A stretch of DNA of 64,000 nucleotides from an uncultured Chloroflexia bacterium (GCA_963831745.1 CAWHRD010000005.1:93377-157376), one strand, 5' to 3'. Shown: positions 9,520 to 19,481, counted from the stretch's first letter. The notes: generated by a model from the sequence alone, not told the origin. Translations and numbers: made by a program.

Positions 9520-10574
9520 TGGGCCCCGTCGGCGTCGGGATGCTCGGCTCGGGGTTCATCGGCGAGTTCCACACGCTGGGCCTGCGCTACGTCCCGGACG
9601 CCCGGGTCGTGGCGAACTGCGACGCGAACCCCGAGCGGCGCGAGGCGTTCGCCGCCCGCTTCGGGAGCCGGCCGCACGCCACCATCGAGGCGCTGTGCGC
9701 CGACCCCGAGGTCCACCTGGTCGTCGTCTCGCTGCCCAACCATCTCCACCGCGAGGCGGTCCTCGCAGCGGCGGCGGCCGGCAAGGCGGTGGCCTGCACG
9801 AAGCCCCTCGGGCGGAACGCGGCGGAGGCTCTCGACATGCTCCGCGCGGTGCGGGCCGCCGGCGTGTGGAGCGCCTACCTCGAGAACGTCGTCTTCAACC
9901 TCGACATGATGCGGATGCGCGAGATGGTCGAAGCCGGCGCGATCGGCCGCATCACGACGATCCGCGCCCGCGAGGGCCACAGCGGCCCGCACGCCGCGCA
10001 CTTCTGGGACGCGGAGCTCGCCGGCGGCGGCGCCCTGCTCGACATGGCCTCCCACGGCACCGAGGTGGCCCGCTACCTGCTCGGCAAGGATCTCGCGGCC
10101 CGGGAGGTCTTCGCCTGGGGCGACACGCTCGTCCACGGGGCGCGGACCAGCGGCGAGGACAATGCGGTCATGGTCGTCCGCTTCGAGGACGGGAGGGCCG
10201 CGACCTGCGACGTCTCCTGGACCTCGAAGGGCGGCCTCGAGGGCCGGTTCGAGGTCTACGGGGACGCCGGCCGGATGGTCCACGACATGGGGACGGGCTC
10301 CATCCGGGCATTCATCGAGCGGCCGGCCGGCTACCTCGGCGAGAAGGCCGACGCGGACACGGGCTGGGTCTTCCCCATCCCCGACGAGGTCCGCGTCCAC
10401 GGCCACGACGCGATGATGGCCGACGTGATCGAGAGCTTCCGCGCCGCCCGCCCTCCGCAGGAGACGCTCCGCGACGGCTACCTCGTGAACTGCATCCTGG
10501 ACGCGGCGTATCGCTCGATGCGATCCGGTCGGTGGGAGCCGGTTCTCGTGGACGAAGAGGTTGCCATCGCATGA
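9519..10574 (+). CDS. Gfo/Idh/MocA family oxidoreductase
   Basis: GSGFIG, ACTKPLG, GGGALLDMASH. Confidence 0.9.
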   Translation: MGPVGVGMLGSGFIGEFHTLGLRYVPDARVVANCDANPERREAFAARFGSRPHATIEALCADPEVHLVVVSLPNHLHREAVLAAAAAGKAVACTKPLGRNAAEALDMLRAVRAAGVWSAYLENVVFNLDMMRMREMVEAGAIGRITTIRAREGHSGPHAAHFWDAELAGGGALLDMASHGTEVARYLLGKDLAAREVFAWGDTLVHGARTSGEDNAVMVVRFEDGRAATCDVSWTSKGGLEGRFEVYGDAGRMVHDMGTGSIRAFIERPAGYLGEKADADTGWVFPIPDEVRVHGHDAMMADVIESFRAARPPQETLRDGYLVNCILDAAYRSMRSGRWEPVLVDEEVAIA

Positions 10575-10942
10575 TCGCGCGCCAGACCGCCACCCGCCCG
10601 CTGCCGTGGCTCGCCGCCGCGCCGGAGGCGCTCGCCCGCCTCGCGGCCACGCGGGGCCCCGCGATCGAGGAGGTCGCGCAGTGGTGCGTGGACGGGCCCA
10701 TCTCGGTCGCGCGCCCCGAGCCGCCCGTCGGGCCCGGATCGACCGCGAGAGCGGTCGCCATCGTCCACTCGCTCGAGGTCCGCATCGCCGAGCTGCCGGT
10801 GGAGCGGAGGGCCATGCCGCCCGCGATCACCCGCGCCTCGGTGCTCGGGCCGGAGCGGTCCCAACGCCTCTTCGACGAGGCCTACCGGGAGCACGCGCGG
10901 CACCTCGCGCGTGCCATCATCCAGACACGAGGAGGTGCGTGA
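10571..10942 (+). pseudogene. SIS (sugar isomerase) domain protein with large in-frame internal deletion
   Basis: N-terminus (LARLAATRGPAIEEVAQWC) and C-terminus (PVGPGST..VAIVHSLEVRIAEL..PPAITRAS..FDEAYREH) resemble the ends of SIS proteins, but the GxGHS core is missing; only 123 aa; ATGA overlap. Confidence 0.6.
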
Positions 10943-11034
10943 CAAAGCTGAGCACGCGATGCGTTTGTCCGCAAGGCACCAGGGTCGTCGGACGCCCCAC
11001 GGAGGGGTGCGCGACCGCAAGGAGGAGTGTTGGT

Positions 11035-12231
11035 ATGAAGCGAACCAAGGTGGTACGCGGCTTCGCCGCCGTCGCCGCCATCGCCGTGCTCGTGGGGGCC
11101 TGCGGGGGCGGGGCCACGGCCAGCCCGTCCGCGAGCGCAGCCCCGAGCGAAGGCGCGAGCGCGGCCCCGAGCGGGACCCCCGCGGCCGCGAACTACACGA
11201 TCGGGTTCTCGAACAGCTTCGGCATCGGCAACGGCTTCCGCGAGGAGCAGCTCTGCACCGCCAAGGCGCAGGCGCTCGTCTCGGGCCAGGTCACGTCGGG
11301 CACATGGATCCACCAGAAGGAAGAGACCTACCCGCAGCTGCAGCAGATCCGCGACCTCGTCGCCAAGAACCCCAGCGCCATCGTCTTCAACCCCCTCGAC
11401 AAGGAGGCCCTCAACCCGGCCATCCAGGAGGGCCAGGCGGCCGGCATCAAGATGGTCGCGATCGACGCCTATGTCACCCAGCCCGGAGTCCTCAACCTGT
11501 CCAACGACCAGGTCGGCTACGGCTACGTCGGCGCCAAGTGGCTGTTCCAGCAGATGGGCGGCAAGGGCAAGTTCTACTACATGCGCGGCCTCGTCGGGCA
11601 CCCGGCCGACGCCGACCGGGACGAGGGCGTCAAGAAGGCGATGGCGGAGTTCCCGGACATCGTCGCCGTCCCCAGCGCTGACGGCGTCGACACGAAGTGG
11701 GACCCGACCATCACCACCAACCTCATCAATGACTTCATCAACAGCGGCCAGTACGACGACGTCCAGGGCATCTGGACCTCGGGCATGGACTCGCAGGTCG
11801 TGGATGCCATCCAGGCGGCCGGCAAGCCGTACGTGCCGATCGTCGGAGCCGACCTGAAGCTCTTCGTCGGCTACCTCCTCAACAAGGACGGCAAGCACGA
11901 CGGCCTGAAGGGCATCGCGGTCTACAACCCGGCCGCCGTCGGCGGCGCCGGCATCACCCTCGCCCTCAAGGCCCTGAGCGGCGGGGACACCCAGGCGGTC
12001 ACCAAGACGGTCAAGGACAACGCCGGCAAAGACGTCGAGATCCAGGCCGTGTTCCTGCCCACGCCGGAGGCGTACGACAACGTCAGCGACGCCGGCAAGG
12101 CGAAGCTGGAGGAGATCTACAACCCGAATCTCCAGGACCTCTGGCCGGTCAGCTGGTACATCAACGGCTGGACCGACTACACCTTCGAGCAGATGAACCC
12201 GCCGGCAGGCTGCAAGGGCCCCGGCGAGTAA
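11035..12231 (+). CDS. sugar ABC transporter substrate-binding lipoprotein
   Basis: lipobox LVGAC, S/A/P linker, periplasmic-binding fold (IGFSN..GNGFREEQ); AAGGAGGAG RBS. Confidence 0.9.
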   Translation: MKRTKVVRGFAAVAAIAVLVGACGGGATASPSASAAPSEGASAAPSGTPAAANYTIGFSNSFGIGNGFREEQLCTAKAQALVSGQVTSGTWIHQKEETYPQLQQIRDLVAKNPSAIVFNPLDKEALNPAIQEGQAAGIKMVAIDAYVTQPGVLNLSNDQVGYGYVGAKWLFQQMGGKGKFYYMRGLVGHPADADRDEGVKKAMAEFPDIVAVPSADGVDTKWDPTITTNLINDFINSGQYDDVQGIWTSGMDSQVVDAIQAAGKPYVPIVGADLKLFVGYLLNKDGKHDGLKGIAVYNPAAVGGAGITLALKALSGGDTQAVTKTVKDNAGKDVEIQAVFLPTPEAYDNVSDAGKAKLEEIYNPNLQDLWPVSWYINGWTDYTFEQMNPPAGCKGPGE

Positions 12232-12254
12232 CGTCGCGAACCTGCCACCGCGTC

Positions 12255-12288
12255 CTCGGGGGATGCCGGTCCGCCGGCATCCCCCGAG
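12255..12288 (+). promoter_or_regulatory. perfect 15-bp stem-loop between SBP and ATPase genes (mRNA stabiliser/attenuator)
   Basis: CTCGGGGGATGCCGG-TCCG-CCGGCATCCCCCGAG; no long U tract. Confidence 0.7.
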
Positions 12289-12315
12289 TTCCCCCAGCCA
12301 ACCCCTCGGGAGCTG

Positions 12316-13953
12316 ATGACTGCCATCACCACCGATCTCCTCCTCGAGGCGACCGGGATCTCCAAGACGTATGGCGCCGTCGTCGCCCTCCGCTCGGCCT
12401 CGCTGGCCGTCCGGCCGGGCGAGGTCCACGCGCTCATGGGCGCCAACGGCGCCGGCAAGAGCACCCTCGTCAAGATCCTGACCGGCGCGGTCCACCCGGA
12501 CGCGGGCACGATCGCCGTCCGCGGCAAGGAACGGACCGTCCATTCTCCCGGCGAGGCGCGCCGCGGCGGGCTCGTGTCCGTCTACCAGGAGCCGGCCCTC
12601 ATCCCGGACCTGGACATCCGCTCCAATCTCCGCCTGACCGAGACGCCTGTCGAGGCGTTCCGGCACTGGCTCGCCGAGCTGGGCATCGACGACCTGGACC
12701 TGGGGACGATGGCGCGGCGACTGCCGCTCGCCTCGCTACGGGTCATCGACCTCGCCCGCGCTCTTGCCATCGAGCCCGACGTGCTGATGCTCGACGAGAT
12801 CACCGCGGCGCTCCCGGCCAACCTCACCGAGCGCGTCCTCGAGGTGATCCGCGGCATGCGGGGCGGCAGCCGCTCGGTCATCTTCATCTCCCACCGGCTG
12901 ATCGAGATCGGCGCCGCCTGCGACCGGGCGACCGTCCTCCGCGAGGGCGAAACCGTCGGGGTCGTCGACGTGACCGAGGGCTCCGAGGAACGGATCGTCG
13001 AGCTGATGCTCGGCCAGATCGTCCGGGAGCTGCCCTCGGTCGCCCAGCGAACGGCTGCCGGACCCGGGCACGCCGGGGCAATGCCCCGCCTGTCCGCCCA
13101 CGGCCTCAGCCAGGGCGCGAAGCTGCACGACGTCTCGTTCGACCTCCACCCGGGCGAGGTGCTGGGGGTCGTCGCCCTGGAGGGCCAGGGCCAGGACGAG
13201 CTGTTCGACATCCTGGCGGGCTCGGAGCGCCCGAGCAGCGGCGAGCTGCTGGTGGACGGCTCGCCCGTCGCGTTCCATCATCCGGCGGACGCCATCCGCG
13301 CCGGCCTCGTCTACGTCGCCGCCGACCGCGCGGAGGCCCTGCTGATGCAGCGCTCCGTGCGCGAGAACATCGCCCTCCCGTTCACGACGCGCATCCGACG
13401 CTGGGGCCTGATCGACCTCGGCGGTGAGAAGCGGACCGTGGACGCAGCCGTCGAGAGGCTGCAGATCGACGCGCGAGCCGGGAGCGAGGTACAGCGCCTC
13501 TCCGGCGGCAACCAGCAGAAGGTGACGATCGCGCGCTGGGTCGCCAGGGGCGTGCAGACGATGCTCTGCTTCGACCCGACGCGCGGCATCGACATCCGCA
13601 CCAAGGCCCAGATCTACGTGCTCCTCCGCGACCTGGCCGAGGCCGGCGCATCGGTCCTGCTCTACACCTCGGAGCTCAAGGAGGTCCCGCTCGTGTGCGA
13701 CCGGGCGATCGTCATCTTCGGCGGGCGCGTCGTCGGCGAGATCGAGGCCGCCGATGCCGACGAGGCGACGCTCCTCCGCGCTGCCTACAACCTGCGCTCG
13801 GATGCGCGCATGCCCGAGCATCTCGCAGCCGCCCGCCAGCCCGGAGATGCCGCCGATGCCCCCGACGAGGCGACGCCGGCGCCCGACGCGACCGACACGC
13901 CCGACCGGGGGCCTGGCGCGACCGACGCGCCTGACCGGGGGCCCGGGCGATGA
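12316..13953 (+). CDS. sugar ABC transporter ATP-binding protein (two NBDs)
   Basis: GANGAGKS Walker A, LSGGNQQKV signature, DPTRGID. Confidence 0.93.
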   Translation: MTAITTDLLLEATGISKTYGAVVALRSASLAVRPGEVHALMGANGAGKSTLVKILTGAVHPDAGTIAVRGKERTVHSPGEARRGGLVSVYQEPALIPDLDIRSNLRLTETPVEAFRHWLAELGIDDLDLGTMARRLPLASLRVIDLARALAIEPDVLMLDEITAALPANLTERVLEVIRGMRGGSRSVIFISHRLIEIGAACDRATVLREGETVGVVDVTEGSEERIVELMLGQIVRELPSVAQRTAAGPGHAGAMPRLSAHGLSQGAKLHDVSFDLHPGEVLGVVALEGQGQDELFDILAGSERPSSGELLVDGSPVAFHHPADAIRAGLVYVAADRAEALLMQRSVRENIALPFTTRIRRWGLIDLGGEKRTVDAAVERLQIDARAGSEVQRLSGGNQQKVTIARWVARGVQTMLCFDPTRGIDIRTKAQIYVLLRDLAEAGASVLLYTSELKEVPLVCDRAIVIFGGRVVGEIEAADADEATLLRAAYNLRSDARMPEHLAAARQPGDAADAPDEATPAPDATDTPDRGPGATDAPDRGPGR

Positions 13954-14954
13954 GCGCGGCGGCTCCCCCCGTCGGCGTCACGCGCGCCCGCCCGTTCGAG
14001 GCGATCGCCTCGTGGGCCCGTGACAACAGCTGGACGCTGGGCCTCGTTCTCTTCCTCGCCCTCCTGTTCGTCTTCACCAAGCTCATCCAGCCGAGCTACG
14101 GAGCGGCCGGGATCCAGGGCCTGGCGAACTCGATGCTGCCCCTTGCCATGGCCGCCGTGGCCCAGTCGATCATCATCATCGCGGGCGGTATCGACCTTTC
14201 GGTCGCGTCGATGATGGCCCTCACCAACGTGATCGCGGCGTCCCAGATGCGCGGCCAGGGCGAGGAGTACGCCGTCCTCGTCGTGGCCGGCGTCCTCCTG
14301 CTGGGGGTCGTGCTCGGGCTGGTGAACGGCGGGCTCATCGTGCTGACCCGCGTTCCGGACATCGTGGTCACGCTGGCGATGTCGTTCGTCTGGGCGGGCT
14401 GCGCGCTCCTGGTCCTGGCAGCGCCGGGCGGCAGCGCGGCGGACTGGCTGAAGGACCTCGTCAAGGGCTCGCTGATCAGCGAGTGGATCCCGAAGTCGGC
14501 CGTCATCCTGGTCGTGATCGTCGCCATCGTCTGGATCCCACTCCGTCGTTCGCGGCTGGGGCTGGCGATCTATGCCATCGGCAGCAACCAGCTGGCCGCG
14601 TTCCGGAGTGGCGTGTCCGTGGGCCGCACCAAGGTCATCGCCTACGCCATTGGCGGCCTGTTCGCGGCGCTCGGGGGCCTGGCCCTCACGGCCTCGATGG
14701 GTGTCGGAAGGCCGATGCTCGGCGGCTACACGCTGATGAGCATCGCCGCGGCGGTCCTCGGCGGGGTGAGCCTGACCGGCGGGCGGGGCGGCGTGTTCGG
14801 GCCGATCGTGGCGGTGATGATCCTGTCGCTGCTGCAGACGGACATCACCCTGGTGGGCGTGAACCCCAACCTCGCCACGGTCCTGCAGGGGGCCATGTTG
14901 ATCGGCGTGCTGATGCTGGGCAGCATCACCCAGCTCAGGCGAGGTCGCAGGTGA
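13950..14954 (+). CDS. sugar ABC transporter permease
   Basis: GGIDLSV, YAIGSN..AA..SGV, IAAAVLGGVSLTGGRG. Confidence 0.92.
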   Translation: MSAAAPPVGVTRARPFEAIASWARDNSWTLGLVLFLALLFVFTKLIQPSYGAAGIQGLANSMLPLAMAAVAQSIIIIAGGIDLSVASMMALTNVIAASQMRGQGEEYAVLVVAGVLLLGVVLGLVNGGLIVLTRVPDIVVTLAMSFVWAGCALLVLAAPGGSAADWLKDLVKGSLISEWIPKSAVILVVIVAIVWIPLRRSRLGLAIYAIGSNQLAAFRSGVSVGRTKVIAYAIGGLFAALGGLALTASMGVGRPMLGGYTLMSIAAAVLGGVSLTGGRGGVFGPIVAVMILSLLQTDITLVGVNPNLATVLQGAMLIGVLMLGSITQLRRGRR

Positions 14955-15949
14955 GCGAGACCGTGCAGACCGATCGCGCCCCCGGATCGTCGGGAGCGGT
15001 CGCCGCCATGCGCCGGCAGCTCCGCGACCGGCCTGTCATCCCGCTTCTCGGCCTGGCCATAGTGCTCGTCGTCGTGTTCGCCCTGGCGAGCCCGAGGAGC
15101 ATGCGTCCGGAATTGGTGGGCATCCAGCTGCGGGCCGCCATCCCGCTGGCGATCCTGGCCGGCTGCCAGACGCTGGCGATGCTGACCGGCGGCATCGACC
15201 TCTCGGTCGGCGCCGTCGCGTCGATCGTCGGCTTCCTGGTGGCCACGCTCGAGCCGAACATCGGCCTTCCCGCGGCGCTCCTGTTCGCCTTCTGCGCCGC
15301 CGTGCTGGCAGGCCTGATCACCGGCATCGGCGTGGGGATCTTCCGCGTCCACCCCCTGATCATGACCCTGGCCATGAGCCTCGTCGTCTTCGGCTCGGCG
15401 AATGCCCTCCAGAACCTGCTCGTCAAGATCCAGTCGGGCGTGCCGGACCTGGTCCGCTCGATCGGGTCGGACACCCTGTTCACGGTCCTGCCGTACAGCC
15501 TCGTCGTGTTCGTGCCGGTGGCGGCCGCCATCATCCTCGGTCTGCGGCGGACGGGGTACGGGCGACTCCTCTTCGCGGTCGGCGACAACCCGATCGCCGC
15601 CCGCCTCTCGGGCGCCCGGGCGTGGCAGGTCCTGGTCGTCCTCTACGTGATCTCGGCCACCCTGGCCGCGGTGGCCGGGATCCTGATCTCCGGGCTCACC
15701 AACGTGGCCAGCGTCAACTTGGCCGACACGTACGTCCTCCCGTCGGTCGCAGCGGCCGTCATCGGCGGGACGTCGATCATGGGCGGCCGGGGCGGCTACG
15801 GGGGGACGATCGTGGGGGCGCTCATCCTGACCCTCCTCGGCTCGCTCCTCGGGACGCTGGGCTTCCAGGAGGCGTGGCGCCAGGTCCTCTTCGGGGCGAT
15901 CATCGTCGCCGTGGCGGCGGCCTACGTGCGCGTCACCGCGGAGTCCTGA
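14951..15949 (+). CDS. sugar ABC transporter permease
   Basis: GGIDLSVG, GRLLFAVGDN..AARLSG, AAAVIGGTSIMGGRG; GTGA overlap. Confidence 0.92.
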   Translation: MSETVQTDRAPGSSGAVAAMRRQLRDRPVIPLLGLAIVLVVVFALASPRSMRPELVGIQLRAAIPLAILAGCQTLAMLTGGIDLSVGAVASIVGFLVATLEPNIGLPAALLFAFCAAVLAGLITGIGVGIFRVHPLIMTLAMSLVVFGSANALQNLLVKIQSGVPDLVRSIGSDTLFTVLPYSLVVFVPVAAAIILGLRRTGYGRLLFAVGDNPIAARLSGARAWQVLVVLYVISATLAAVAGILISGLTNVASVNLADTYVLPSVAAAVIGGTSIMGGRGGYGGTIVGALILTLLGSLLGTLGFQEAWRQVLFGAIIVAVAAAYVRVTAES

Positions 15950-15970
15950 GGCCTGCTGGAGGAACCGCCC

Positions 15971-16945
15971 ATGTCGAGCGACCCGGCGACGCGCCACCTG
16001 GGCCTCGACCTGGGGGCGACGAACCTCAAGTGGGCCATCGTCGAGCACTGGGATGGCGACTGGCGCCTGCTCGCCGACGGGCAGGCGCCCACGCGCATCG
16101 TCCCGGACCCGAACGCCGTGCCGGGTTCGATCGTCGGCCAGCTCGCCGAGGTCGCGACCGAGGCGATCGCCGCCTGGGGCCCGGTCGCCAGCGCCGGCAT
16201 CGGGATCCCCGGCCACTTCGACCCCGCGACGGGCCGCGCCCGCTTCCTGCCGAACGTGCCGGGCCCGTGGCCCGGCCACCCCGTCACGGAGCCCGTGGCC
16301 CGGGCGATCGGCATGCCCGTGTCGCTGATCAACGACGCCCGTGCCTTCGGCCTGGCCGAGCTGCGCCTGGGAGCCGGGCGCGGGGCCTCGACGATGGTGG
16401 GCCTGACGCTCGGGACCGGGGTCGGGGGCGTCATCGCCATCGACGGCCGGATCCACCAGGGCCGCGATGGCACGGCCGGCGAGCTCGGCCACCAGACGAT
16501 CGACCCGGACGGGCCCTGGTGCGGCTGCGGCAACCGGGGCTGCGTGGAGGCCTACGCCCGGGCCGACCAGATCGCCGCCGCCTGCGGGACCGCCACCGCC
16601 GAGGAGGCCGTTCGCGCGGCCCAGGCAGGGGACGCGCGGGCCCGGACCGGCCTCGCGGACGTGGGGCGCTACCTGGGGATCGGGATCGCCAACATGATCA
16701 CGCTCATCACGCCGGAGCGGGTGGTCATCGGCGGCGGGGTCGCGGCGGCCGGCGACCTGCTCCTCGACCCGATCCGGGCGGAGATCGCCCGCCGCGTCAC
16801 GATGACCCCCGCCGACGCGGTCACGCTCGTGCTCGCGGAGCTGGGCACGCTCGCCGGGGCGATCGGGGCCGCGGTCCACGGGGCGGAGCGCACCGCGGAG
16901 ACGGCCGCCGCCGGCGACGGCGGCGCATCCCGGGCCGGCCGGTGA
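15971..16945 (+). CDS. ROK family sugar kinase
   Basis: GLDLGATN, INDARA, TLGTGVGG, GELGH, CGCGNRGCVE; no N-terminal HTH. Confidence 0.92.
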   Translation: MSSDPATRHLGLDLGATNLKWAIVEHWDGDWRLLADGQAPTRIVPDPNAVPGSIVGQLAEVATEAIAAWGPVASAGIGIPGHFDPATGRARFLPNVPGPWPGHPVTEPVARAIGMPVSLINDARAFGLAELRLGAGRGASTMVGLTLGTGVGGVIAIDGRIHQGRDGTAGELGHQTIDPDGPWCGCGNRGCVEAYARADQIAAACGTATAEEAVRAAQAGDARARTGLADVGRYLGIGIANMITLITPERVVIGGGVAAAGDLLLDPIRAEIARRVTMTPADAVTLVLAELGTLAGAIGAAVHGAERTAETAAAGDGGASRAGR

Positions 16946-18156
16946 GCGGCGTCGCCCCACACCCCCGCCGTCCCGACGCCCGGGCACGCGTCCGCGCGGC
17001 GCTGGAGCACCGCGAGGCGGACCGCGTCCCGCGCGACCTGGGCGCCGTGCGGATGACCGGCATCCACGTGCGCGCGTACGCCGGCCTGCGGCGCGCGCTG
17101 GGCCTGCCCGAGCGCGAGCTGCGCGTCGGCGACCTCTCCCAGCAGCTCGCCGTGGTCGACGACGACGTCCTGGATCGCCTGGGGATCGACGTCCGCGGCG
17201 TCGAGCCGCGGGCACCCTCGGGCTACCGCCGGCAGCTCGTCGACGACGGCTCGGAGATCGCCTACGTCGACGAGTGGGGCGTCCGCCGGCGCAAGCCGAA
17301 GGACGGCTGGTTCTTCGACCCCTCGACCGCGTCGCTGGCGGGGGAGATCGACGCCTCGCACCTGGCGCGCTTCGCCTGGCCGGACGGCGGCGACCCGGCC
17401 CGGCGAGCCGGCGTCGCCGACGAGGCCCGCCGGGTGAGCGCCGAGGAGGGCCGCGCCGTCTACGTCGGCTCGGTCTGCGCGGGCCTGACGGAGATGCTCT
17501 TCCGCCTGCGCGGCTTCGAGGACGGCTACATGGACCTCGCCGCCGACCCCGCGCTGGCACGCGCGCTCATGGCGCGCGTCCTCGACGTGAAGCTCGCCTG
17601 GTGGGGCGCGATCCTGTCCGAGCTCGGCGACGCGGTCGACGTCGTGGGCGAGGCCGACGACCTTGGGGGCCAGGCAACGCCGCTCTTCTCGCCGCGGACC
17701 TACCGGGAGCTGGTGAAGCCGCTCCACGCCGAGCTCGTCGCGTTCATCCGGGCCCGGACCCGGGCGAAGGTCCTGTTCCACTCGTGCGGGGCGATCCGCG
17801 AGCTGCTCCCCGACCTCGTGGAGATCGGGGTGGAGGTCCTCAACCCCGTCCAGGTCTCGGCGGCCGGCATGGAGACCGGCGCCCTCAAGCGGGACTTCGG
17901 CCGGGACCTCGTCTTCTGGGGCGGCGGCGTGGACACACAGGGGGTCCTGGGATCCGGAGCGCCCGAGCGGGTGCGCGCGGAGGTTCGGCGCCGGATCGAC
18001 GACCTGGCGCCCGGCGGCGGCTTCGTCTTCGCGGCCGTCCATAACATCCAGGCCAACGTGCCGCCGGAGAACATCGCGGCGATGTGGGAAGCGGTCGAGC
18101 GTCACGGGAGCTACCCGCTCCCGGCGCCGGGTGACGACGCGGAAGGAGCCCCATGA
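16942..18156 (+). CDS. uroporphyrinogen decarboxylase-like (UroD/MtaA/CmuA family) protein
   Basis: RVRAALEHREADRVP, LRGFE, DDLG, FHSCG, LNPVQ, WGGGVDTQ, GGFVFAAVHNIQ; GTGA overlap. Confidence 0.85.
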   Translation: MSGVAPHPRRPDARARVRAALEHREADRVPRDLGAVRMTGIHVRAYAGLRRALGLPERELRVGDLSQQLAVVDDDVLDRLGIDVRGVEPRAPSGYRRQLVDDGSEIAYVDEWGVRRRKPKDGWFFDPSTASLAGEIDASHLARFAWPDGGDPARRAGVADEARRVSAEEGRAVYVGSVCAGLTEMLFRLRGFEDGYMDLAADPALARALMARVLDVKLAWWGAILSELGDAVDVVGEADDLGGQATPLFSPRTYRELVKPLHAELVAFIRARTRAKVLFHSCGAIRELLPDLVEIGVEVLNPVQVSAAGMETGALKRDFGRDLVFWGGGVDTQGVLGSGAPERVRAEVRRRIDDLAPGGGFVFAAVHNIQANVPPENIAAMWEAVERHGSYPLPAPGDDAEGAP

Positions 18157-19316
18157 GCCGTCCAGGGCGCCTCGGCGGCGCCGACGAGGTCGTCGTCAGC
18201 GGGCGGCTCGTCCTCGAGGAGCGCATCCGTCCGGGGCGCGTCCTCGTCCGCGACGGCCGGATCGCCGACGTGGATCTGGACCTGGATCTCACGTCCCCCG
18301 GCGTCGATGGGCCCTTCATCGCGCCCGGCTTCGTCGACGTCCACGTCCACGGCCGCGGCGGCCACGACGCGATGGGACCGGACGGCGCGCTCGACGGGAT
18401 GGCGCGGGCGCTGCTCCGCCACGGGGTGACGTCCTTCCTCCCCACGTCCGTGACGGCGCCGCTGGCCGATCTCGCCGCGTTCGCCGAGCGGGTCCGGCGC
18501 TGGATGCCGGCGGCCCCCGACGACGGCGCCGCGCCGCTCGGCTTCAACCTCGAGGGCCCGTTCATCAACCCGGCGCGCAAGGGCGCCCAGAACCCGGACC
18601 ACATCCGGGTGCCGTCCGAGGTCCCGACGGCCGAGCTGGAGCCGTTGGTCGACGCCCTGCGCATCACCACGATCGCCCCCGAGCTGCCGGGCGCGCTCGA
18701 GCTCATCCGCTGGCTGCGGGCACGCGGGGTGGCGGCGTCGCTGGGCCACTCCTCGGCGACCGCGGAGGAGGGCCGGGCAGGCTACGCGGCCGGGGCGCGG
18801 ACGACCACCCACCTCTTCAACGCGATGACCGGCGTCGACCACCGGGCGCCCGGCCTGGCCGTGGCGGCCCTCCTCGAGGACGACGCGTACGTGGAGCTCG
18901 TCGCGGACGGCCACCACGTCAGGGATGCCCTGTGGCCGCTGATCCTGCGGGCGAAGCCGGCAGACCGGCTGATCCTCGTGAGCGACGGGGTCGCGTTCGG
19001 GGGCACGACGGCCCGGACAGGCCTGCTCGGCGGGCTGCCGGTCGTCATCGACGGCGATCGGTGCGTCCTGGTCGAGGGTGGGAACCTGGCGGGCTCAGTG
19101 ATCGCCCTCGACACGGCGGTCCGGAACCTCGCGCAGGCGGGGGTCGGCCTGCCGCGCGCCGTGGCGGCCGCCACGCGCGAGCCGCTGGCTCTCCTCGGGG
19201 TCACCGATCGAGGCCGCCTGGAGCCCGGGCTGCGGGCCGACCTCGTCGAGCTCGACGACGACCTGCGCGTGCGCCGGGTCATGCGCGGCGGCCGCTGGTT
19301 CGCAGGGCCCGGCTGA
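18153..19316 (+). CDS. nagA: N-acetylglucosamine-6-phosphate deacetylase
   Basis: PGFVDVHVHG, LEGPF, GHS, THLFNAM, DGHH, LAGS. Confidence 0.9.
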   Translation: MSRPGRLGGADEVVVSGRLVLEERIRPGRVLVRDGRIADVDLDLDLTSPGVDGPFIAPGFVDVHVHGRGGHDAMGPDGALDGMARALLRHGVTSFLPTSVTAPLADLAAFAERVRRWMPAAPDDGAAPLGFNLEGPFINPARKGAQNPDHIRVPSEVPTAELEPLVDALRITTIAPELPGALELIRWLRARGVAASLGHSSATAEEGRAGYAAGARTTTHLFNAMTGVDHRAPGLAVAALLEDDAYVELVADGHHVRDALWPLILRAKPADRLILVSDGVAFGGTTARTGLLGGLPVVIDGDRCVLVEGGNLAGSVIALDTAVRNLAQAGVGLPRAVAAATREPLALLGVTDRGRLEPGLRADLVELDDDLRVRRVMRGGRWFAGPG

Positions 19317-19481
19317 GACGAGCCGACCCGGCGCCGGGCACCCAGGGCCGGCCGACCGCGACGGCGGCGGGACGAACCGCTCTCTGGCGATCGGGCTGCA
19401 TGGATCCGGGACCCGGCGGTGTTGTACGGGGTGAGCGACGCCCCAGCCACCGATCGACGACGATGACCCGAAGGAGCCACC

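Noticed and set aside
15622-18156. 844-aa ORF as a fusion protein (likewise 27394-30384 and 867-2894)
   Set aside because: Only the C-terminal portions are real genes, with internal coupled starts; the N-terminal parts are off-frame readings of upstream genes.
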